The position numbers and the translations under genes were made by a program. 32,403 nucleotides of DNA from an uncultured archaeon. Lineage in GTDB: Archaea > Asgardarchaeota > Lokiarchaeia > Sigyniarchaeales > SOKP01. The DNA lies in assembly GCA_964632315.1 (NCBI GenBank), contig CAZWEM010000051.1:1-32403 (forward strand), in the 5' to 3' direction. The notes beneath the pieces are model-generated. The model ran no database searches. It was not told the DNA's origin and was given only the letters and a program-made list of their open reading frames with translations. Below are positions 19,185 through 27,599 of the stretch, one piece after another (within the stretch, counting starts at the first letter, position 1; each line of letters begins with the position of its first letter).

Positions 19185-21257
19185 GAGTATAATATTTGTT
19201 GTATTATTTTATGTTTTTTTTCATCTTTAATGCTGTTCAAAGCTGTTAAATCTTCTAAATAATCGAATGTAAATCCTTCCTCATTGAAAAGATTTTCAAA
19301 AAAATTAACACAATTTCGTAGACCCTGTGAAGGTCTATCTACAGCATAATCTTTCCAACACATAAAGTTAAATTCTTTAACATAAATCCAATAAAGTCTA
19401 CTGTCCAAAAGGGATTCAATAAAATCTTCATCTGTTAATAGTTCAATTGCTCTCTTTTTTCGATACTTTCTAACAGCCATAGTATATGTTCTATCAAACT
19501 CTTTTTGAAAGACTGAAACTCTATCTTGCTTTAACCAAGAGTTTCGAAATGAATCTACATTTTTATAGCCTAAAATTTTAGCAATTTCTTCCATTCCAAT
19601 ATCCCTTATAAACCATTCAACCCATATTTCTCTTGGAATTCCCTTCACTGTATTCTGATCTTTAAAATCATTTTTAAATTCGTTAGCTAATTCTTTTAAA
19701 TTACACCAGTTAAAATTGGGTTTTTTCATAAGATCTCTCAATTGAGTAACATTTAATCCATAAAACCATTTTTTATAATTTTTTTTAACTCGATAAGAAG
19801 AAGCGCGATGTAGAGTTTTAGCAATGTCCATCCATAAATACTCTTTATGTTCTAATAACTTTTGCATAATCAATCTAAAGAATAATTTTAGTATATTATC
19901 CCAACTCTCCCAAAATTTATTAAGATGGTGATAAATAGTTCTAAAATTTATGTTTATATGGTAATAAGTTGATAGCTTTTCATTAATTTCAGGACCAGTA
20001 AAACCAAGACAAATTAAGAAAACAATATCATAGAGAGGCAATGTTCTATATCCTGGTTTTTCTGGAGAGAGTACCATATTGAGTCCATTTGGATATAATG
20101 TTCCTCGATAGTATTCTCTATTAATATTCAGCTGGAAATTTTTAATATACCACCTTTCACGGGCCCAAGCAGTTTCATAATTTCGATGTACTTCAATAAT
20201 CTCCATATTAAAATATTGGTTATATAAAACCATTGCGATTCTTTCAATTTCAGCTTTTTTTTCCCACATTTCCCTCCCTAAAAAGTTAAGCCTAAAATAA
20301 TCATTTAATGGAGATAATTCTAAATCATTTGAATGATTTTTTGTAATATAAGCTTCCAAGACTTTCAGGATTAAATATTCAATCAATCTATTAGGAAAAT
20401 CAAAATTTGTAAGATATGACTCGATTGCATCTGCTGTATGCTCGATGAATCTCTCTTTCAGTGTTTTCCATGTTACACCTATGTATGTTTCTGTTAAAAC
20501 ACCTTCAAAAATGTCGAGAGGTTTGATTGGTTTAATAATGTATATTACACCTCCATATTTTACATTCTCTTGAACTGTGAAATTTTCAAATCCAGATTCT
20601 CCTCTAGATAGATAGAATTTACCATTTAGCATTTGTTGAAGATGAGTTTTATTCTTAACAAATCGGGGAAGATTGTAAGTTTTAATTGAATCTATTAGAA
20701 CAGAACACGCGGTTTTAAATGCTGTCTTTTCTATCTTATTTGTAAACTTTTTTTTTGAGATAATTTTAAACATTCTAAGGCTTATATCGCGTTTAGTTGC
20801 TAAATAAGAAATACTCGAGATTAATTTATTTATATTATTTGAATCATCCTCTATGTAACCCGTTAAAACATTTTTTTCATTTAGCTTTACATTTTTATAG
20901 GTATGGTTAGAATCATCTAACCAAGGAGATTGACTTTTATTATCTATAATATCATTTTCAATCATTTCTAAGGGTGGAAAACCGCAAAAATTCTTTTGAA
21001 ATTTTATCTGTTTTTTAAGGCTAGGTATTTTAGAATGCCTCTTATCTGTACAACTATAATTATTGTCATTCATACTAATTTACTAAATTTTTTTAATTTT
21101 AGCAGAAGATATTCTGAACAACAGAATCTCTTAGTCAGAAATTCTTTATCCAACTACCTCAACTTCATTTAATATTGTATCTTTTTGTCTTTATAAATAT
21201 TATATGACCCTATAATTATAAAAAAATACAAAAATTTGTATATATATTGTCTGATTT
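18987..21257. mobile_element. Putative homing-type insertion: replacement hypB 3' end plus inverted GIY-YIG gene
   Basis: Bounded by diverged direct copies of the hypB 3' end (18987-19184 and 21258-21458). Boundaries approximate. Confidence 0.65.
19181..21073 (-). CDS. GIY-YIG family nuclease with C-terminal HTH-like regions (homing endonuclease-like)
   Basis: GVIYII...TYIGVT...ERFIEH (GIY, YIG, conserved R), ARERWYI (E), PNGLNM (N); later EEIAKILGY and MDIAKTL HTH-like helices. Confidence 0.75.
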   Translation of the reverse strand: MNDNNYSCTDKRHSKIPSLKKQIKFQKNFCGFPPLEMIENDIIDNKSQSPWLDDSNHTYKNVKLNEKNVLTGYIEDDSNNINKLISSISYLATKRDISLRMFKIISKKKFTNKIEKTAFKTACSVLIDSIKTYNLPRFVKNKTHLQQMLNGKFYLSRGESGFENFTVQENVKYGGVIYIIKPIKPLDIFEGVLTETYIGVTWKTLKERFIEHTADAIESYLTNFDFPNRLIEYLILKVLEAYITKNHSNDLELSPLNDYFRLNFLGREMWEKKAEIERIAMVLYNQYFNMEIIEVHRNYETAWARERWYIKNFQLNINREYYRGTLYPNGLNMVLSPEKPGYRTLPLYDIVFLICLGFTGPEINEKLSTYYHININFRTIYHHLNKFWESWDNILKLFFRLIMQKLLEHKEYLWMDIAKTLHRASSYRVKKNYKKWFYGLNVTQLRDLMKKPNFNWCNLKELANEFKNDFKDQNTVKGIPREIWVEWFIRDIGMEEIAKILGYKNVDSFRNSWLKQDRVSVFQKEFDRTYTMAVRKYRKKRAIELLTDEDFIESLLDSRLYWIYVKEFNFMCWKDYAVDRPSQGLRNCVNFFENLFNEEGFTFDYLEDLTALNSIKDEKKHKIIQQILYS

Positions 21258-21458
21258 ATAAAGAAACATCCCCTATTATTTAAAATGTCTGATGTCGCTG
21301 TGATTAATAAAATTGATTTGATTGATGTAATTGATGTAAATATCCAAGAAATGATTTCAGATGCAAAATCTATAAATCCTAACATTGAAGTGATAACTAC
21401 AAGTGCCCTGTCTGGAGAAAACATTTCAGAACTTATTGATTTGATTTTTTCTCACTAA
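21258..21458 (+). pseudogene. hypB: Orphan 3' fragment of hypB (66 codons, lacks the 5' portion)
   Basis: Translates IKKHPLLFKMSDVAVINKIDLIDVIDVNIQEMISDAKSINPNIEVITTSALSGENISELIDLIFSH*. 43 of 65 aligned residues identical (manual count) to the HypB C-terminus; in-frame TGA at 21252 just upstream. Confidence 0.92.
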
Positions 21459-21534
21459 ACTATTAAGATTTTAAAATAATAATAAAAGCAACACAACATT
21501 TTTTATATAATATATATAGAAATAGGTCATATCA

Positions 21535-21948
21535 ATGTCTCTTAGATCGTATAATCAAGAATTGGGATTGTTGCTTGAAAAGATTGTTAAAGTCTATTTA
21601 GATGGTGATAAATTCTTTGTTGGGCAACTGAAAGGAGTATCAGAAGACTCGAATCTCATTTTGATCAATGCAAAAAACGAAAAGAATAAAGATTTTCCAA
21701 AGCTACTCATTCGGAGTAGCTATTATAAGTTTGTGAGCGTTGAAGAAGAACCGTTTCCCTTAAAAGCTTTATCTGAAAGGATTGCTACTATTTTTTCTGG
21801 TCATGTGAACTTTATTGAAGATCAGAACATCATTTCCATCTTGAATGGAAAAATAATTGTAGATGAAAATGGTGTAAGAGGTTCAGGCCCTTCCGCTGAC
21901 AGAGTAAAGAAGATATATGAACAATTTATAATGGATATTGAAAAATAA
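21535..21948 (+). CDS. Sm-like archaeal protein with C-terminal domain (SmAP3/Lsm_C type)
   Basis: Sm1 VKVYL..GQLKGV..NLILINA, Sm2 LLIRSS; C-domain ending GSGPSADRVKKIYEQF. Confidence 0.85.
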   Translation: MSLRSYNQELGLLLEKIVKVYLDGDKFFVGQLKGVSEDSNLILINAKNEKNKDFPKLLIRSSYYKFVSVEEEPFPLKALSERIATIFSGHVNFIEDQNIISILNGKIIVDENGVRGSGPSADRVKKIYEQFIMDIEK

Positions 21949-21968
21949 TTGATTTTTTCTTTTTTTTT
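21949..21968. terminator. T-tract between convergent genes
   Basis: ttgattttttctttttttttaa directly after the SmAP3 stop. Confidence 0.4.
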
Positions 21969-22473
21969 AATTTTCTGAATTTTCATTCTCAAATATTTTT
22001 ATAAGATTATCCAATTGTAGATCATTATAAATATTCTTTAAAGCTGCTTTCCCTAAAGGACTTAATCTAATAATGCTAAACTCCTCGTTTTTTCGGATAT
22101 AATCATTATCTATTAAAAATTTTAAATCTGTATCCCATATTTCTTCAAAAATTTCTTTAATATCTTTAATTGGAATGACTTCGTCTAAATCTTTACCTAT
22201 AGCTGCAATGATAGCCAAAATTCCATATTGGCTTGGAGTAATATTATCATCAATCCCATCTGTTGTTAAAATATAGTATCCCTGACCAAGAAAGTTAGTT
22301 TTAATTAATTCAAAACCAACTCTCTGCAGGTTTAAATATACTTCACTCATGATTTCTTCAAAATTTAAATCTCTACTAATTGTTTTTAGATCCTCTTCCC
22401 TAATCATTTTTTGAGGACTAGTTAATATTAAATTTGCTATTTTTCTTGTTATTTGAACAATTTCACTTTCCAT
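21967..22473 (-). CDS. Tandem winged-helix protein, KITE-like (Nse1/Nse3-MAGE/ScpB/JetB class)
   Basis: WH-A: IREEDL..FEEIMSEVYLNLQRVGFELI..YYILT. WH-B: YGILAIIA..LKFLIDNDYIR..IRLSPLGKAAL. Size and pattern fit KITE proteins. Confidence 0.55.
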   Translation of the reverse strand: MESEIVQITRKIANLILTSPQKMIREEDLKTISRDLNFEEIMSEVYLNLQRVGFELIKTNFLGQGYYILTTDGIDDNITPSQYGILAIIAAIGKDLDEVIPIKDIKEIFEEIWDTDLKFLIDNDYIRKNEEFSIIRLSPLGKAALKNIYNDLQLDNLIKIFENENSEN

Positions 22474-22475
22474 AA

Positions 22476-24110
22476 TTAATTTACAATCTCATTAATTTTG
22501 ATTACATTTAAATTCTGTATCATTTTTTTGGGCTCAAAATTCTTAATAATAAAAGTCAAAGAAATATCTTTAAAAGATTGATCATTCCGAACTAAATTTA
22601 GAAGTTTTTTAATTGTTCTGAAAATAGAGCCTTTTTTATTAAATTTTTCAGGCAAAAAAGTGTTTGAAACAATTATCTGCTTTAAATTATTGATTAATTG
22701 GATAACTATTATAAAACATATGGTAATGTATACTTTTTCGGGCGTCGTTAAATCGTTAAATTTTAATTTCTTTTCCTTATTTCGCTGAAATTTAGGTTCT
22801 ATTAAAAATTTATCAGTTATTTTCGAAATAGAGAGATTTAATGAAATATTAAGATTAATTTCCCTTAGCAATGGATTGATTTTTACTTCAAATTCATTTA
22901 AAAGTTGCTCTATCTTGTGAAATGCTTTAAAGATTAAATCGACTTCCAAATTGTCATCTTTTTCTAAATCGAATTTTAATTTTTGGGTTAAATTCAGTTT
23001 ATCACTTACTTTTTCGATTAAGAAAGGAATATTTTCAGGTAAATAATTTTCAGTAAATTTTCTCGTATCTATTATATTTTGAATTTGTGAGTCCAGCTCG
23101 TCAATCTCATCTTTAACTTCTCTAGGCGTCCTTAAAGGGTCTGCCATAAGCGAGGCATTTACTAATTCATTCTTATTTACGAGGTTATTTAATTCAGCTT
23201 GTTTCTCAAAGATTCTTTCTTGATCTTGAGTGATTTCATTTTTAAGTTTCAGAAAATCGCTTTCTATTGACTCGTATTGTGGTCTGAACGATTCAAAATC
23301 AATTTTATCTTGTTTAATAGATTTTTTAATTTTTTTTGAATCATATTGAATTTCTTGAGCTTTAATTTGAAGAGCTCGAATTTTTTCAGCATTAGATAGA
23401 TCTTTGTCTATTTCAATCTGATCAAACCCTAATGCGCTTGGTTCTACTGAATTAGCTTCCATATCTCTTGTTATATAATTAATATACCTAAAACATTGTT
23501 TCTTTTGATTATCTAAGTTTTTGATTTGCTCATTTTTCGTCTGAATTTTTTCTTGAATTTTCTCAAATTGATTCTTTTTTTCTATATAATCTTTTTCAAG
23601 ATATTTTAATCGATTTTGATTCTTCTTTATTGAATTTTGCAATTTCTCAATTAAATCCTTAATAGCTAGCTTTTCACTTGATTTTTTATACTGCTCCGAA
23701 ATTTTTAACAGATTTATAGCTTTGTTCTTTTTAAGTTCAAGAATAAGGAGCTTAAATATATTTATAATATCAACAATTAAATCGTTATATTCTGAAATTA
23801 ATTTAAAATTTTGCTCAATATTTTCTACTTTTCTGTTCAATAGTGTTAAAAGCTCATTAATTTTTTTTAAATCATTGAATTCTTTAGATTTCTTATCTAA
23901 TGAATCAATAAATAGGGTAATTGGTATGCTCTCTAAATTTTCTAATATCTTAAATAAATTATCATTTTCTATGTTCGCAAGATCTTCCTTCTTAAAATTA
24001 CCCAAAACTAAGTTATATTTTTCTAGATTGTGAATCTCCCTATTTCCGATGAGCATTTTGCTTTCAAAATCCAATTTGTTTATATCTTCTCCATATCTAT
24101 TCTTTATCAA
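22476..24110 (-). CDS. SMC/Rad50-like coiled-coil protein with degenerate ABC ATPase head
   Basis: Long central coiled coil; C-terminal FNDLTTPEKVYITICFIIVIQ..QIIVSN aligned by eye to LSGGEK..hhhhDE; N-terminal YNLVLGN lacks GKS. Confidence 0.55.
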   Translation of the reverse strand: MIKNRYGEDINKLDFESKMLIGNREIHNLEKYNLVLGNFKKEDLANIENDNLFKILENLESIPITLFIDSLDKKSKEFNDLKKINELLTLLNRKVENIEQNFKLISEYNDLIVDIINIFKLLILELKKNKAINLLKISEQYKKSSEKLAIKDLIEKLQNSIKKNQNRLKYLEKDYIEKKNQFEKIQEKIQTKNEQIKNLDNQKKQCFRYINYITRDMEANSVEPSALGFDQIEIDKDLSNAEKIRALQIKAQEIQYDSKKIKKSIKQDKIDFESFRPQYESIESDFLKLKNEITQDQERIFEKQAELNNLVNKNELVNASLMADPLRTPREVKDEIDELDSQIQNIIDTRKFTENYLPENIPFLIEKVSDKLNLTQKLKFDLEKDDNLEVDLIFKAFHKIEQLLNEFEVKINPLLREINLNISLNLSISKITDKFLIEPKFQRNKEKKLKFNDLTTPEKVYITICFIIVIQLINNLKQIIVSNTFLPEKFNKKGSIFRTIKKLLNLVRNDQSFKDISLTFIIKNFEPKKMIQNLNVIKINEIVN

Positions 24111-25137
24111 AATGATTTTTATATTTCTTAAACTCCTCGGTTTTTAGTTTTTTTCTTTCTCTAATTATGTCGATTGGATCTCTTTGATCATCATCCTCAT
24201 TTAGGTAATCATCTTGATACTTTTTATCGAATTGAGATTTAAATTGTTCAATCTTTTCAGAGATTTCATCACTTATATTTAACTTTTTAGAATGATTTTT
24301 ATCTGGTTCTATTTCACTTAATTTTTCCCTTCTCTTCTTTCTTCTTCTTCTTTCAAATTCTTTTGAAGATAAATTTAAATAATCTCTATAAGATTGATTT
24401 TGTTCTTCTTGTTTTTTTTTATTTTTTTCTAATTCTTCCTTCTTTTTTGCTTTTTCAATTGACTCTTTTCTTGTTGATAATGCTTTATCTGTTAGTTTTA
24501 AATTATATTCATTAAAAAAAATGTCAAAAGTTAAATTATTGTCCCTAAGGAAAGCTTTTTTGAACTTCTCAATTAACAAAGGATCTGTATCTTTAGTTAT
24601 TTTGGTTAATTCTTTCTCAAGTCTTTTTTCTATAAGTATTTTATTAAAAAGCCCAAGTTTTTCAATCGATTTTTTGAATAAAGAATTTTCTTTTAGTGAA
24701 TCAAGTATTTCTAACCACTCGTTAAAATTTACTGAGGGAATGTAAGAGATTTCAGAAATGACTATACTAATAATTTTTCTCTTTATTAAGGATAATCCTA
24801 AATCCTTAACTTTTTGCTGATTTAGATTTAGATTTTTTAAGTTATTTTTATAATTTATTCTGTACTTTTTTATAAGATCTGCTTGAACTGATAATAATGA
24901 TGATATATTATTATTAGTTGCTTTAATTAATTCTGAATCAAGATTGTGAATTAAACTAAAGAGTTTATTTAATTGATTATCCTCAAGACCTAAAGCATCA
25001 CTTACTAATATTTCCTTTCTGATTTCTCCTAACTTCATAGAATTTTTTTCTAATTCATTAAGACTATTTTGGAGCTTTTTCACGGGCTCCGTAATTTCTT
25101 TAACTTTTTCCAAATCAAAAATGATAGTATTTGACAT
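24097..25137 (-). CDS. Hypothetical helical/coiled-coil protein with highly charged C-terminus
   Basis: 346-aa ORF in operon; K/E-rich, RRRRKKRREK tract. Confidence 0.75.
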   Translation of the reverse strand: MSNTIIFDLEKVKEITEPVKKLQNSLNELEKNSMKLGEIRKEILVSDALGLEDNQLNKLFSLIHNLDSELIKATNNNISSLLSVQADLIKKYRINYKNNLKNLNLNQQKVKDLGLSLIKRKIISIVISEISYIPSVNFNEWLEILDSLKENSLFKKSIEKLGLFNKILIEKRLEKELTKITKDTDPLLIEKFKKAFLRDNNLTFDIFFNEYNLKLTDKALSTRKESIEKAKKKEELEKNKKKQEEQNQSYRDYLNLSSKEFERRRRKKRREKLSEIEPDKNHSKKLNISDEISEKIEQFKSQFDKKYQDDYLNEDDDQRDPIDIIRERKKLKTEEFKKYKNHFDKE

Positions 25138-25158
25138 TATAATCTATATAAGTCTTAA

Positions 25159-26247
25159 TTATATTTCAGGAGGCTTTATTAAAGATTTTGAAGTCTTTTT
25201 ATTAGAATTTCTTGTACTTGCGAGTATATCTTGACGTTCTACATGAATGGCTGTGCCCCCTACCAATTTTAATGAATTATAAAATAGTTCATATGTTAAT
25301 AATTCTGTCGATATTGATTTTAATAAGGCAACTCTGGTTCCTCTCTCAATATCAGACCCAGAGTAACCATGAGTTAATTTTAAGAGACCATCATCCTGGA
25401 TCCGTTCACTTATTTCTTTCCAAAAGGCATTATTATCGAATTCAGAGATTTGACGACCTAACTTTTGTCTCAAATCCTTTTCGATTTTGTTGATTTGAGA
25501 ATATTCCGTTTCTATTTTCTTGAAAATAAGAGAATCAACCCCTATCTTTGCTTTTTTAATCTTATTGAGAAATGATTCTATGATTTTTTTCCTTAAATGA
25601 TAATCAGGAAAATCAAATTCAAAATGAAAGGTGAATCTTCTCCAGATTGCAGAATCTAATTGATGCTGATGGTTTGTGGCTCCAAAAATTGCTAAAGGTA
25701 CTCCTTCATAATTAACTCTATCAATTACTTGTAAGAATGAAATCACTGCTCTCTTTATTTCACCTACTTCGTGAATATTGGACCTTTCGGACCCTATAGC
25801 ATCAATTTCGTCAAAAAACAATATAAAAGCTCCTCTGTCTTTTGAAATTTCAGCTGATAGTTCTACTACATTTCTTATATTCTTTATTGTGTCTCCTAAT
25901 AGGGGGGATACAAGTCTATCCGATTCGACTACACAAATTGGAACGTTATATTTTTTTGCAAAACCTCTTGTAAGAGAAGTTTTCCCAGTTCCTGGAGGGC
26001 CGTATAGAAGAACAGTTAGATTAGGATTCAGATTCGTGTTTTTTAATTGTTCTATAAATTCATCATATTTAATTAAAGCTTTAAAAAAATCGTCAAGAAG
26101 ATCCTTCACAAATTCATTACCTATAATATCTTCTACTGTTTCTTTAATATCTGAAGAGAAGTAGATTGCGCCATATTTTCCTAACCTATCATTTATAACT
26201 TCATCAGTATAGATATTATTTCCGTTCCCATTTTTTAATTCAGTAAT
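25159..26247 (-). CDS. AAA+ ATPase (classic AAA clade, single module, no recognisable N-domain)
   Basis: Walker A GPPGTGKT, Walker B FFDEID, sensor 1/SRH ATNHQHQLDSAIWRRF, GYSGSDI. Frame is open upstream of GTG 26109 through ETVEDIIGNEFVK to a stop at 26256; start uncertain. Confidence 0.9.
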   Translation of the reverse strand: MTELKNGNGNNIYTDEVINDRLGKYGAIYFSSDIKETVEDIIGNEFVKDLLDDFFKALIKYDEFIEQLKNTNLNPNLTVLLYGPPGTGKTSLTRGFAKKYNVPICVVESDRLVSPLLGDTIKNIRNVVELSAEISKDRGAFILFFDEIDAIGSERSNIHEVGEIKRAVISFLQVIDRVNYEGVPLAIFGATNHQHQLDSAIWRRFTFHFEFDFPDYHLRKKIIESFLNKIKKAKIGVDSLIFKKIETEYSQINKIEKDLRQKLGRQISEFDNNAFWKEISERIQDDGLLKLTHGYSGSDIERGTRVALLKSISTELLTYELFYNSLKLVGGTAIHVERQDILASTRNSNKKTSKSLIKPPEI

Positions 26248-26272
26248 TGTTTTTCATCTCTTTTTATGTAAT

Positions 26273-27580
26273 TTAATTATACTTTCTTTCTTTTTCAAAT
26301 TTTTCACAATATAAGGCTACTTCAACAATTAGATCCTTCAAATTATCTATTTGAGATCCAATAAAATTAAATATTTCTTTACGATATTGTACAGAATCTC
26401 GAATTTTCATTTTATCTAAACCAAGATAATTTGGAAAGCATATTAATTTCATTAAATAAGGCAATACCTTTTCATTTGTCTGCAAATCCTTGAATATTGA
26501 ATAGAAAATATTTTCATCTGATAATTTCCATTTCAAGATTCCCATATATATTAAAAATGAAAAATTCAGAGAAATCCAGTTAAGCAATTCTTTAGATAAA
26601 AAACCTCTTCTTTGAGAAGAGAAAGCAAGGTAATACAAAATTAATGTTTCATTACTAAATTGAGGTAAATATCTAATTTTTCCGTCTGATTGCTTGTTAG
26701 AGCGAATAAAGTTATTATCTAATAAGATTTCTAAAAAATTTTCATTTGGAGCAATAAACAAATCATCAATAACTCGCAAACCTATTCTTTCACAAATCTT
26801 TTCAATTGCTTCTTCCTCAGCATTAGCAATTGAATCAATGTATGGTAAAAAAACATCATTTTTTAGTATCATTGGTACTTCATAATTTGCATTCTCTGGT
26901 AACAAGCCAAAATTAGGATCTAAATTGAAAAGGGAAGTTATGTTATTTATTATTTGATATACTTTAGGAGATAATCCCGGGATCTCAAAAAGGTCTTCAA
27001 CCTCGAGTTTTTCTCGATAATATGTATGAGGTTGGAGAATATGTCGTTGACATTCGTAAAAATCGACAGAGAATTCGAGAAGCTTTTCATAAATTATTTT
27101 TAAGTTAGTTCCCCTTGGAAATAATCTTTCTTCGAGGAATTTAGTAAGAGAATATAAATATGTATTTTCCAGATTTATTTCATCTGGATTAGTAATATGT
27201 CTTAGAATGTTAAGCGCGCTAATGGACTCATACAAGAATTCAATTATATAATCTTTAATGTCAATAATCGGAATATTTTCTCTATATTTTATAATAAAAT
27301 CTTTAATTATTTCATACACATTAGAACGATACATTGCGGAAAATTCTGAAAGAGCTCTTACTTTCCTAATATTTCTCTTTTCTTCTTCTTCGCGTATTTT
27401 ATCTAATACTTCAGTATCCAATAAGAGATCCGGATCTAAGTCACTTATCAATCTCCGTGTTTCTCTTAAAATTGGTCTCATATGACTTATAAAAGTTAGA
27501 TATCTAGGAAAGATATCAGTCCATTTTTCTCTTTTTCTCCCTGTTTTCGTTGATCTTGTACTTCTTCTTTTATAACTCAT
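26273..27580 (-). CDS. Hypothetical protein (435 aa) with basic N-terminal tail
   Basis: Long ORF with ATG, tight operon spacing; MSYKRRSTRSTKTGRKR tail; no motif recognised. Confidence 0.8.
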   Translation of the reverse strand: MSYKRRSTRSTKTGRKREKWTDIFPRYLTFISHMRPILRETRRLISDLDPDLLLDTEVLDKIREEEEKRNIRKVRALSEFSAMYRSNVYEIIKDFIIKYRENIPIIDIKDYIIEFLYESISALNILRHITNPDEINLENTYLYSLTKFLEERLFPRGTNLKIIYEKLLEFSVDFYECQRHILQPHTYYREKLEVEDLFEIPGLSPKVYQIINNITSLFNLDPNFGLLPENANYEVPMILKNDVFLPYIDSIANAEEEAIEKICERIGLRVIDDLFIAPNENFLEILLDNNFIRSNKQSDGKIRYLPQFSNETLILYYLAFSSQRRGFLSKELLNWISLNFSFLIYMGILKWKLSDENIFYSIFKDLQTNEKVLPYLMKLICFPNYLGLDKMKIRDSVQYRKEIFNFIGSQIDNLKDLIVEVALYCEKFEKERKYN

Positions 27581-27599
27581 TATATTATTCCTTTATACT

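Noticed and set aside
21200-21424. 74-aa minus-strand ORF in the track
   Set aside because: It is the antisense shadow of the orphan hypB 3' fragment on the plus strand.
18987-21458. Provirus, IS element, intein or self-splicing intron
   Set aside because: No integrase or transposase, no terminal inverted repeats or exact att repeat; the nuclease is antisense to hypB and hypB ends with its own stop.
25159-26247. Vps4/CdvC and an ESCRT operon
   Set aside because: No MIT domain, and no Snf7/ESCRT-III-like gene recognised among the neighbours.
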